Source: Eledone cirrhosa
Taxonomy: Eukaryota
Assembly: GCA_964016885.1 (NCBI GenBank)
Contig: OZ024744.1
Location: forward strand, 100,502,001 to 100,566,000
Length of the DNA stretch: 64,000 nucleotides
Direction: 5' to 3'
Part shown: piece by piece, positions 11,470 to 23,312 of the stretch
Layout of the letters: every line of letters begins with the position of its first letter
Position numbering within the stretch: the first letter of the stretch is position 1
The notes under the pieces: generated by a model
Told to the model about the DNA's origin: nothing
Database searches by the model: none
What the model saw: only the letters and a program-made list of their open reading frames with translations
Program-made: the position numbers and the translations under genes

Positions 11470-11930
11470 ATATTGTTATACTTTGGGAGGATCATGTTGC
11501 CAATAACAAACACACGCACCAGTTGCTTTCACTTCAATTTATTATAATAAATTAATAAATTTAGGAATTTATAAGTTTCCGGTTGGTTGGTTGGTACCAC
11601 AACCAGATGGTTGTTTATATATTGTCAAAGTTCTTTCGTCACACATTCTGTGACCTCTTCAGTCAACACACATACAAAAACAAGATGGCATAGGACAGAA
11701 CAAAAGGAGAGGCACAAAAACAAAGAAAAGAATCCACAGTCACTGAAGAGGTCACAGAATGTGTGACGAAAGAACTTTGACAATATATAAACAATCATCT
11801 GGTTGTGGAACCAACCAACCAACCAACCAACCAACCGGAAATTTATAAATTTATTATAATAAATCGAAGTGAAAGCAACTGGTGCGTGTGTTTCTTATTG
11901 GCAACATGACCCTCCCAAAGTATAACAATA
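11470..11930. mobile_element. Penelope-like pseudo-LTR pair in inverted orientation, each with a hammerhead-like core
   Basis: Arms ~11470-11663 and ~11742-11930 are reverse complements, flanked by (TA)n. Each carries CTGAAGA-Ggtcaca/tgtgac-GAAA. Confidence 0.65.
11739..11781 (+). ncRNA. Putative minimal type-I hammerhead ribozyme
   Basis: Stem I gtca/tgac, core CTGAAGA, stem II gtcaca-gaatg-tgtgac, GAAA, one-bp stem III, CUU triplet. Confidence 0.5.
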
Positions 11931-12130
11931 TATACATATATATGTATATATCATCATCATCATCATCATCATCATTATTTTACGTCCGCTTTTCCCTGCT
12001 TGCAAGGGGTGGATGGGTCCTATTCAGCACAGCATCTCTCCACTTGTCACGGTCCTTCGTCATCTCCTCCGTGAGTTTCAGCGATCTGAGGTCTGCTCTC
12101 ATCACCTATATATATATATATATATATATA

Positions 12131-12164
<34 letters not shown>

Positions 12165-12668
12165 AGGGTTATATTTAATTTGTTGGAATTCAACAAACTT
12201 AAAAGTTTTATAACTGATATAAAGGACTCAACAGTTTGGTGGAGTAAATATTCATTATATTAATAAATGGAAACTATATTTATAAAACCATAATTATTTT
12301 ATTATATATATTTCAAGGGCAACCAAGGCAAATTTTGGTGCGCTTTCATCAGATAAAATACAAAATTTGATTTATAAATATTGACATACCCGCCAAAGAA
12401 CAACCTTGACGGCGAACCTCCAGCATGCAATTTAGTATTGCCTGTGTGAAGTGGTTGTTTCTGCGCATGCGCGTTCGTACAGTTGTCCTTCCTGTTCCGT
12501 ATAACCATGCCCATTACGAGCTGAGGATCCGCTAAGGTGAAACAATTGTTCTCGGTATGGTGCACTAACTGTTGTGTTACCACTTCTACCTAACTCCTTC
12601 CATGGACTGAGTGCTCTACCACTACGGATATTACCTTCCAGTGTTCTACATCTATATATCACTATATA

Positions 12669-13008
12669 TCATCATCATCATCATTTTACGTCCGCTTTTC
12701 CCTGCTTGCAAGGGTGGGACGGGAACTGATTCTGGCTTGAATTCTACAGCCGGATGCCCTTCCTAACACCAACCTCATTTACTGTGAGTGCTGGGTGCTT
12801 TTTTTGCCATAGCATCTCCACGACCACTTTGTAGGGGAATGATAGGGACCCCAGTCCCTATCATCTCATTTCTACAGCTGAGTAAACTGGAGCAATGTGA
12901 AATAAAGTGTCTTGCTCAAGGAAACAACACATCACCCGGTCTGAGTATTGAACTCACAACCTTTCGATTGCAAGCCCAATGCTCTAACCACTAAGCCATG
13001 TGCCTCCA
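12669..13008 (-). mobile_element. tRNA-derived CORE-like SINE family B (octopus OR2-like). Other copies at 19326-19582(+), 27640-27955(-), 55588-55966(+)
   Basis: tRNA head ggcttagtggttagagc...gagttcaat; CORE-like ccttgagcaagacactttatttcac..gctccagtttactcagctg; 1-2 units of the 48-bp motif; ttaggaagggcatccagc; RTE-like tail ending in (GAT)n. Confidence 0.8.
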
Positions 13009-13427
13009 TATATATATATATAAAAACTCACAGTCCACACTGTAATGTGGCCATGTAGGTAACATGGTAAAAGTTCCCAGTTCTACACTGTAAATGTGGT
13101 TGGTGTTAGGAAGGGCATCCAGCCGTAGAAAACCTGCCAGATAGTCCTATATGAGCGAGACACGGTCACCCGACCAACCTTGCCTCAAGTGGGACAACTC
13201 CCGGCTAACCCATGCTAGCATGGAAGATGGACGTTAAACGATGACGATGATATATATATATATATATATATTTAAAGAGATAGAGAGAGAGAGAATTTGT
13301 GATTTGTGATGCTGAGACCGAGGAGACCACTAATCATGTCAGTACTCGATACATAGGGACATGTAGAGTGGGTATAGGGATATGTAAAATCCCGAAACCG
13401 CTTGGCACCCGCGGTCAGGATTTTACA

Positions 13428-13482
<55 letters not shown>

Positions 13483-13569
13483 ACAAAAGTTAAACAGTAA
13501 TAACAACACAATCGGTACAGTATATGGAAGGAATATATTAGATTAACGCTTGAAATAGAAGGAAGATGG

Positions 13570-13605
13570 TCTTAACATTTCAGACGCTAGTCCTTCATCA
13601 GAAGA
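13570..13605 (-). ncRNA. Putative minimal type-I hammerhead ribozyme in a Penelope-like remnant (~13490-13670)
   Basis: Minus strand tctt-CTGATGA-aggac tagc gtct-GAAA-tgtt-aaga; stem I tctt/aaga. Confidence 0.5.
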
Positions 13606-13684
13606 AAGAATGAGAAATTAGATAGATTGAAAGGATGGGCGGGGTGGAATTGAAAAAATAACAGGTCCATTCATGCTGCTATCT

Positions 13685-14010
13685 CATGCATGCTCCGGTG
13701 GCTGTGTAATAATAATATACATGAACAGCAAAGTATAAATAAATTGAGAGTGATACTAGGCATAAGAGGAATCAGATGCAGTGTGCAGAAGAGGAGATTG
13801 CATTGGTATGGACATATGATGCGTATAAAGGATGACAGCTGCATAAAAAGGTGTAGTGGACTCAAAGTTGATGGAAGCCTTAGCGTGGGTGGACCCAGGC
13901 AGACTTGGGATGAGATGATAAAAGCTGACCTTGCACAATTACACCTCTCAAAGGCGATGGCATAGGACCAAGTTCTCTGGCGTTATGCAGTAATACAGAA
14001 GACTCACCTT
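13685..14010 (+). mobile_element. RTE LINE 3' fragment (same family as 6340-6700)
   Basis: MLRWLC..KRRLHWYGHMMRIKDDSCIKRC..GGPRQTWDE. Confidence 0.8.
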
Positions 14011-14411
14011 CCCATGAGCACAGGCTGAAGCATACATTTAGTATGTACACCTTCACCTCCATATACCTCCCACATCCTAACACCCCACCCATGTCCTAAC
14101 ACTCGACTCCTCACACATGCCCCTACACACCTCCTCCACCAAAGTTCACAGTCCACACTGCAAAGTACTCAATCACATGTAGCAACAAGGCACACTAAAG
14201 TTCCCCTCTAATAATTATTGAAGCAAGCCAACACACTCGCTCTATTGCCATGGATGATAGCATGTCTAAGATGCTGGAAAAACCAAGCACCCTCACTAGA
14301 AACATCACCTGATTGAACATCATTGTCAGTAGCCCAGCTACCCCAAATATTTAAAATGTCACAGACTAAAAAAAATATTCTGCTATTAAATCTTGATATT
14401 TTAGAATATTA

Positions 14412-15539
14412 CAAGCAGAATGGCCCAGCGTTGCTCGGGCTTCTAAACATAGATTGGCATATTTATCCCTCCTTTCTGAAACAGTACAGATAAGTACAGA
14501 ATACCTCGGCCTGGGGATGATGTCTACATTTTGTGGTTAAGCAAATCATTTTCCATTAAGATTTTTCAAAACCATGTAATTGCATTCCCTCTCTTTTTTG
14601 TTGTTGTTTTTGCTGCTGTTGGTGTGATAGCAGCCATTGGTCGTACTACTAACACAGTCTCGTCCTTCTTCAGCCAATCGTGTATATCCTCTTCTGCCTC
14701 ATCTACCTAAACAATGATTGTAGCGCCTCCTTGTACACAATGTTCCTTGTTCTTCCGTGTCGGGCATATGCAAAGAGATTTCTCTTGCTTCCCACTCTTG
14801 AGCAACCAACGTATAGTTGCGTGTGTGAAAAACATGACTCTTCCAAAAGAAGACCAGCAGCAGTTAGGGTCTGACCCTGGGGTTTGTTGATAGACATTGT
14901 AAAGCTGACACGGTTCGGTGAATGGTTCGTTGGTTGTCTGTTTCAAGTGCTCTTCTGGTGACAGTACGTTCAGCATCTTGCGACCGTCGAATAGCAGATT
15001 CCACTGACGATTCGTTTGCCCACCTTGTTCTTTTTCTTGCCGCTTTCGCAGTATTTCGGCCAAAGGAGTGTCTCTTCCTTTGAGGCATGACCTAAAAGCA
15101 GGACAAAGTACAGTAAGACTAACTGGTAGAGGAAGGAGTAAACTCGTCAGTGATGCATGTGATTTCCGAACCGTTGACTATGTAATTGCTGGCCTTGTGC
15201 CAAAAGTAGTGGGACTTTTTGGGTGGCATATCGGCAGTAATAATTGTTTCTACTTTAGGCACAAGGCCAGCAAATACCAAGTGCATTACTGGTACTTTAT
15301 TTTATCGACCCCGTAAGGATGAAAGGCAAAGTCAACCTCGGCGGGATTTGAACTCAGATCGTAAAGGGACGTAACTATGCTGGAAAGCATGGCGTCCGAC
15401 CCTCTACCGATACTGCCAATCTACCGCCCATATCGGCAGTAATAATGACGATAAGCCATCTGTGCTTTTGTGAAACAAATATGTTTGTTTATATTTTGTT
15501 TTTGTGTATGCAAAAATATCTGTGCACGAATATATAATT

Positions 15540-15577
<38 letters not shown>

Positions 15578-16253
15578 TCATCATTTTACGTCCGCTTTTC
15601 CCTGCTTGCAAGGGTGGGACGGGTCTTATTCAGCACAGCATCTCTCCACTCGTCACGGTCCCTCGTCATCTCCACCGTGAGCTTCAATGATCTGAGGTTT
15701 GTTCTCACCACCTCCGCCCATGTTTTATATATATATATATATAAATAACAGATCAAAGTTTAAGCAAAGAATCGCTGCTTTCACCCTTAACGGGATCATC
15801 TGAAACTATAAAAATCAATCTGTGAACTCAGAAGTAAATATTTTGAAAAACATTGACATTGCAACTGAAGGAAAACAGGAAGACAATACTTTGGTTCATG
15901 AAGACGTTCCCTGGCAATGAACGGAAAATAGAGAAGATAATACATCAGCAATGAGAACAATGTTTTCATAATGTTGTAATGCAGACAACCAGACATACGG
16001 ACAGATATTATAAGGGTGCGACGTTATATAACTATGTATCTATCTAAAAAGACAGACTAAGAAAAAGAGAGAGACCCCTTTAACAACAGAAAATTGAAAA
16101 ATAAAAGCTGCAGTTAATATCTTTAGACCGCAGGGAATATATAAATGCAAGTTTGAAGTCAATTGGAGTAGAAATGTGGATTTCTATAGACTTTGCAAAA
16201 ATTAGGACACACACACACACACAGACAATTTCAGTTTTATATATATGTATAGA
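14412..16253 (-). mobile_element. Internally deleted Helitron with nested SINE (15245-15428) and RTE end (~15575-15722)
   Basis: 5' A|TCTATAC..ATAAAA at 16253. 3' hairpin gcccgagcaacgctgggc followed by CTTG|T at 14412. RepHel N-terminus (MPQRKRHSFGRNT..) sits next to the Pif1 helicase C-terminus (SINKPQGQTL..CFSHTQLYVGCSRVG..TRNIVYKEAL). Confidence 0.8.
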
Positions 16254-17021
16254 TTCCATTTGGTTATGAAGACAGTCATCACCATCATTTTTACGTCCAT
16301 TTTTTCCACACTTACATCAGTTGAACAGGTCCTGCCATGTTCCTTCATCATCTTCTCTATGAGTCTCGGCAATTTGAGGTCAGCTCTCACCACCTCCACC
16401 CATGTATTTCTTAGTTTAGCTCAACTGTGTCTTCCCCCCACTGGGATATTTCCTGGCATTTCTTCACCCACTGATCATCATCCATGCATACCACATGTCC
16501 GTACCATCGCAGTCTTCCTTCTTGCACACCACTTTCAATGCCTCTTAACCCTTTAGCATTTATATTACTCTATATTTACTATTATATTTTCACAGTAAAG
16601 GCTTTATCTCACATAGTATCTCACATAATATCGAATCTATGAAATTTTGATATTATTTATTTTGAGAACAATACCTTAACGTAAGAATGAGTGGCTGGTT
16701 ACAGCCAGTTTGAACAGAAAGAAGTGAGAAAATTCTGGCCAGATTCGGCCGATTTAAATGTCAAAGGGTTAAACCCAGTTTCTCCCTTCAGTACATCCAA
16801 GCTCTGCCTTCCTCTCACAAATATACAAAAATAATTTTTATATCCCTTTGAGCTGGTTATATTTTCTACAATGCAGGGGTGCTAACAATTTATTATATCA
16901 GGTGTAACTTCTGACTACAAAACATAAGACTTTGAAGCAAACTCCTGACAATGAGTCCATTTCTTTAATCCCAAAAGGGTGTTCACCACAACAATAATAT
17001 ATATATACTTAGCTGCTGTAC

Positions 17022-17131
17022 CTGTATATAACCATCCACAACCTTCTGATAAAACACTGCCATTGTCATCAATAACCATTGTAGTGGTGTCACTTAAAGA
17101 TTCTCCAAGTGGAATTTCTGATTGATGAGAA
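17022..17131 (-). CDS. AASDH: AASDH-like exon E (SHQSEIPLGESLSDTTTMVIDDNGSVLSEGCGWLYT)
   Basis: ttttcAG acceptor and GTacag donor. 110 nt = 1+108+1, which joins exon D (phase 2) to exon F (phase 1). Resembles AASDH VQLGFPLLGTVVEVRDTNG...EGSGQVFLG. Not in the ORF track. Confidence 0.85.
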
Positions 17132-20104
17132 CTGAAAACAAACAGAGGAAAATTGATTATTAAAAAAAAAAAATATGAAGTTGCAATATAATAATTAACC
17201 CTTTCGTTACTGTATTTCTAATGAAACATGTTGTATTTGAATTAATTACGGAAACATTTGGAGGGATTCACTAAAGTTACTATGTCGTTATTAAGATAGT
17301 AAAGGGATGGTGGATTGACAGTATCGATAGAGAATCGGACATCGTGCTTTGCAGCATAGAGTTACGGCCCTTTACGGTCTGAGTTCAAATCCTGCCGTGG
17401 TTAGCTTTGCCTTTCATCCTTACAGGGTCGATAAAACAAAGTACCAGTAATGCACTGGGGTCGATTTAATCGACTATCCCCTCCCCTTCAAATTGTTGGC
17501 CTTGTGCCTAAAGTAGAAACAATTATTAAGATGATATTCCCTTGCCCACACACCACAAAGAGTGCAGAAGCCTCCCTCTAAAATGTTTCAAAGCAAGCCA
17601 ACATGCTTGCAACATTGCCGTGGATGATGGCAAGGCTAAGGTGCTGAAACAACCAAGCACCCTTATGGGCATTGGCTGTTTGGTTGTTTTACTGTTTCAC
17701 TGCCTCAGCCACGCCACCACCAGCAGTAATGTTGCAAGTATGGTAGCTTGCTTCAAAACAAATTAAAGGGAGGTGTGTTGAATTCAGGGTTAGATTTAGA
17801 CCTTGGGGTGTCCAGAGTACTTCATACACAAAAAAATTGGAATACACAACAAACTCCCCAATTTTACATATTAACCCTTTAGCATTTACATTACTCTATA
17901 TATACGGTGGATTGGCAGTATCAGTAGAGGGTCGGACGCCATGCTTTCCAGCATAGTTACACCCCTTTACGATCTGAGTTCAAATCCCGCCGAGGTTGAC
18001 TTTGCCTTTCATCCTTACGGGGTCGATAAAATAAAGTACCAGTAATGCACTGGGTGATTGCTGGCCTTGTGCCCAAAGTAGAAACAATTACTCTATATAT
18101 ACTATTGTATTTTCACGATAAAAGCTTTACCTTACATACTGCTCTCCCATATCGAATCTATGAGATTTTGATGTTATTTATTTTGAGTACAATACCTTAA
18201 CATCAGTATGAGCAGCTAGATACAGCCAGTTTGAACAGAAATAGGTGAAGAATTCTGGCTGGATATGGCCGGTTTAAATGCTAAAGGGTTAAAGTTGGCT
18301 TGGTGCAAATAATTGGAATTGAAAAGTTATACATACAGGTATTAAAACTAAAACTAAAAAGCCCATGTGAGGGACACAAATAAATTGCTATGGCCGTCGT
18401 TGGTGGGACCCCCACTGCAGGGGTCTTGGGGCATCCGGCCCTGGTTGAACTGATGTTTTTGGTCACCTTGATTGTGTATTTTTGTATATTATATTTATAA
18501 GGTTCCATAGGACGATGGATTATCAGTCTGAGTTTAAATCCAGCCGAGGTTAGCTTTGCCTTTCATCCTTACAAGGTTGATAAAGTAAAGTACCAGTAAC
18601 AAACTGGGGTCGATTTAATCAACTTTCCCCTCCCCTAAAATTGTTGGCTTTGTGTCTAAATCAGAAATCATATTTATAAGGTTCCATGAATTCTATTTTT
18701 ATGTGAAAGATCATGATTATAATATATTTTATTTTGTCTTGAATTTATATTTTAATGAGGAATATTTATGTAATTAAGTATTGTATATATATATTATTTG
18801 TGTGTATTTTCATTCTGTAAGAATTATAAATTTGTAATGTTATTTTTGTAATATTATTATTGTGAATAAATAAAATAAGATATCTCAAGATGCTATTTGT
18901 AAACATAATTTAATAAAAGTAGAATTATGTTAGGTTTTATCTTAAATAGGAACCCTTTAAAATGTGTGGTTTTGTTTCATAGAACCTGAAACAGTTTTAG
19001 GCAGGTTAGTATCAAAAGGGTTAAAGAAGATTTTAATAAATAGCTAATTGACGAAAGTCTGTTTAGAAAAGATGAACAAAATTTGAAATTTATAAGAAAG
19101 TTAGAAGCTTCATTGAAATTTTTTCACTATAGAAAAACAGTTTAAATAATAAGGTATATTATCATCGTTTTTATGTCCACTTTTCACACTTGCATGGGTT
19201 GGATGGATCCTTTTCAACACAGCCCGTCTCCACTCGCCACATTCCTTTATCATCTTGACTATGTCGGTAACAACAAAAAGCTCCCAGTCCACACTGTAAA
19301 AGTGGTTGGTGTTAGGAAGGGCATCCTTGAGCAAGACACTTTATTTCACGTTGCTCCAGTTTACTCAGCTGTAGAAATGAGATGATAGGACTGGGGTCTC
19401 TATCATTCCACTGCAAAGTGGACGTGTAGGCGCCACGGCAAAAAAGCACCCAGCACTCACTGTAAATGAGGTTGGTGTTAGGAAGGGCATCGAGCTGTAG
19501 AAATCAAGCCAGAATCAGTTCCCGTCCCACCCTTGCAAATAGGGAAAAGTGGACGTAAAAATGAAATGATGATGATGATGATACAGCCGTAGAAAACCTG
19601 CCAGAGACAGTTCCGGATGAGCGAGACATGGTCTCCTGACCAATCCCGCATCAAATGAAATAAAACCGTCTAACCCATGCTAGCGTAGAAGACGGACGTT
19701 AAACAATGATGATAATGACAATGATGATTGTGAGTCTCAGTGATTTGAGATCAGCTCTCACTACCTTTGCCCAGGTCTTCCCTAGTCTACCTCTACTGCA
19801 GCTTCTTTCTACTGGGATATTTCCTGGCACTTCTTCACCCAGTGATCATCATCTATGTGCATCACATGTCCCTAACAACACAAGTCTTCTCTCAAGCCCC
19901 TTAATGGAAATAATAAACATTAGCTCCAGTGGGAATCAAACATACACCTTGTGCTCCTTGGTGTAATGGTAGTATTTCTGCCTGGTAAGCATGAAGGTGA
20001 GGGTTCAAGTCCTATAGATCTAATGTCCATTTTTTCCATTAAGGGGGTATCTCCTTCTTCATCATCATCATCTTCTTCTTCTTCTCCTTTTTCTTTGCCC
20101 ACTT

Positions 20105-20690
20105 ATTCCTGAGAGTGTCACGAGGGGAGTGTCCTCAAAAACTCCCCTCAGCAGGTCATGACAGAAGCAACCGTCTCCAACTGATCCGGCTGGATCTCCA
20201 AGCGAAACCAGCCAAGTTCATGGATGTTATCCACCCATCTTGCACAGAGTCTACCCCTGGGTCTCTTGCGGGTTGGTTTTACCTGTAAAATCTGTCCAGC
20301 GATTCTTTCCTGAGACATTCTAACCACATGCCCATAGTATCGGAGCTGTAGTCCTATAGATCTAATGTCCATTTTTTTCCATTAAGGGCTTTTCTCCTTC
20401 TTCTTCTCCTCCTCCTTCTTCTCTTCCCCCAGTCATTATTGATGATGGAGAATGTCGTCTTCTGCACCGTTCCTCTCGCTGGACAAGTTGTACTTCTGAA
20501 AGAACGCAGCCACTCTTTGTCTGCTTCCTCCAGGCACTGCAGTCTGCAATCAGGTCATGACATGCACGTTGAGAAGTTGAATCAGAAGGCATCCAGATCT
20601 TCTTTAATGCAGTCCTTCCAGTGCTTAAATTGGGCGTCCTGCACTTCTCTTGCCATTTGCTAATTCACCAAACAGGAGTTGCTTTGGAAT
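20105..20690 (-). mobile_element. Two RTE-clade LINE 3' fragments
   Basis: QLRYYGHVVRMSQERIAGQILQVKPTRKRPRGR (20150-20350) and LFGELANGKRSAGRP (20630-20690). Confidence 0.75.
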
Positions 20691-22184
20691 GCGACTATCT
20701 TCCATTCGGCAGACATAGCAGAGTCTTCTGAGACGGTTGTTCCAGATCATTGTTTCAACTGTAGTCGTCCTTGCATGACATAGAACCTCTGTATTTGTTC
20801 TTTTATCCTACTATCTTATCTTAAGTAGCTGGTACAATGAACATTGATGGAAGGTTTCTAATTTGTGTCGGTGGTGAGAAAGTATGGGCCACGTCTCATT
20901 GCCATACAACAGTGAAGGGAGAACTATGGCTTTATACACTCTATCGACAGTCGGTTGACAAGATCCCAGACTTCATTCGTTTAACGAGTGGGCTGGAGCT
21001 TGTCAAATCGGATGAAGGGAATAATCTTTCCAATTGCTAATACTAACTCAGATCATAAAGGGCCGTAACTCTGTGCTGCAAAGCATGACGTCTGACCCTC
21101 TACCTATACTGCCAATCCACCAATACCAGTAATTTTCATTACCCTCTCTTGAACACCTCAATATACATCATTCATTCATTGCCCTAAATAATTGTTTCTA
21201 CATTTGGCACAAGGCCAGCAAATATCCCAGTGCATTACTGGTACTTTATTTTATCGACCCCCGTAAGGATGAAAGGCAAAGTTAACCTCGGCGGGATTTG
21301 AACTCAGATCACAAAGAGCTGTAACTCTATGCTGCAAAGCACGGATGAAAGGCAAAGTTAACCTCGGCGGGATTTGAACTCAGATCACAAAGGGCCGTAA
21401 CTCTATGCTGAAAAGCACGGCGTCCGACCCTCTACCGATACTGCCAATCCACACCAGAAGGGGTGCTGGAGCCTCTCTCTAATACTTTTTGAGGCAAGCC
21501 AACATACATAAAGTATTATTGGGGCTGATAGCAAGGTTAAGGTGTTCTTATAAAAAATTATGGTATCAGGTTTTTTAGATAAACATAAACACTTTAACCT
21601 GTAGCATTTAAACCGGCCATAACTGGCCAGACACCTCTCATCTCTTTCTGTTCAAACTGGCTGTAATTGGCTGCTCATACTGATGTTAAGGTATTGTTCT
21701 CAAAATAAATAACATCAAAATCTCATAGATTCAATATTATGTGAGATAATTATGTGAAGTAAAGCCTTTACCATGAAAATATAATAGTATATATAGAGTA
21801 ATGTGAATTCTAAAAAGTTAAAACAATTTTGAATCATAGAACCAGAGTCAGTTTCAAGTAGCTTGGTATCAAGAGGGTTAAAACACTATCCGAATGTGTA
21901 TATTATACAATTGTAGCATCAAGTATGAATGATTGTGATGTAAAGTATCATAGCATTTAGGTGTCAGGTAATACCGATATGGCTACTTGAGTATTTCAGC
22001 GTCTTAGCCTCGCCATCAGCTGTAGTAATGCTGCGAGCATGTTGGCTTGCTTAAAAAATTTCCAATGCCCTTTGTGGTGTGGTGTGTTGTATGATAGATT
22101 AACATGCTTAGCGTTGAATTGATGGAAGGAAGGGGGGGAGGGGCGTTCTCTCTTTGATTCTCTGTATATATATATACAGATATA

Positions 22185-22235
<51 letters not shown>

Positions 22236-22824
22236 ATGTGTTATGCAGTAATACAGAAGACCTGCCTTCTCTTACACTTAGACTTAAACATACACTCAGT
22301 AGGCACCTCTTAATCCAATATACACCCCCACCACACACCACACCACACACCCCTCCTACTTCAGCCCACACCACCCCTTTCTCTGTGAAGTTATGTTGGT
22401 ACCACAAAAACATCCAGTCCACACTGTAAAGTGGTCGTGTAGGAGACATGAGAAAAAGCATCCAGCACACACTGTAAATGCGGTTGGCATTAGGAAGGGC
22501 ATCCAGCCGTAGAGTACCAAACCAGAAACAGTCTTGTATGAGTGGTGGTGGCGGCGAGATGATGACGACAACGAGGAGGGGGGTGAGGATGATGATGAGG
22601 AGGAGGAGGAGAAGGAGGAGGGGTCAAATTTTTACTTGTATTGTAATTCCCCATTAGTGCAACAACAGAAATATATCTAATATATAATAAACACTAAAGG
22701 ATAACGCTGAAGTCATTGGATTTTGTTATATATACATACAAGGGCGGTGCCCCAGCATGGCCTCAGCCGGATGGCTGAAACAGGTAAAAGAGTAAAAGAG
22801 TATATAAAAATGTCTGCAAGAGCT

Positions 22825-22867
<43 letters not shown>

Positions 22868-22869
<2 letters not shown>

Positions 22870-23312
22870 TGTTTCTACTTTAGGCACAAGGCCAGCAATT
22901 ACCAGTGCATTACTGGTACTTTATTTTATCAACCCCCGTAATAATAATTGTTTCTACTTTTTGGCACAAGGCCAGCAATTACACCAATACATTACTGGTA
23001 CTTTATTTTATCGACCCCGTAAGGATGAAAGGCAAAGTCAACCTCGGCAGGATTTGAACTCAGATCGTTAAGGGACGTAACTATGCTGGAAAGCACGGTG
23101 TCCAGTATAATAATAATAATAATAATAATTGTTTCTATGTTAGGCACAAGGCCAGCAATTATCCCAGTGCATTACTGGTACGTTATTTTATCGACCCCGT
23201 AAGGATGAAAGGCAAAGTTAACCTCGGCGGGATTTGGACTCAGATCGTAAAGGGACGTATCTATGCTAGAAAGCACGGCGTCTGACCCTCTACCGATACT
23301 GCCAATTCACTG
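22868..23312 (-). mobile_element. Cluster of SINE family A copies with (AAT)n tails (also 21190-21452)
   Basis: Repeated reverse-complement SINE core; partial tandem duplications. Confidence 0.8.

Noticed and set aside
20990-21040. Further hammerhead-like remnants (also ~55255 and ~59585)
   Set aside because: Core nucleotides are mutated or missing; too degenerate to call.
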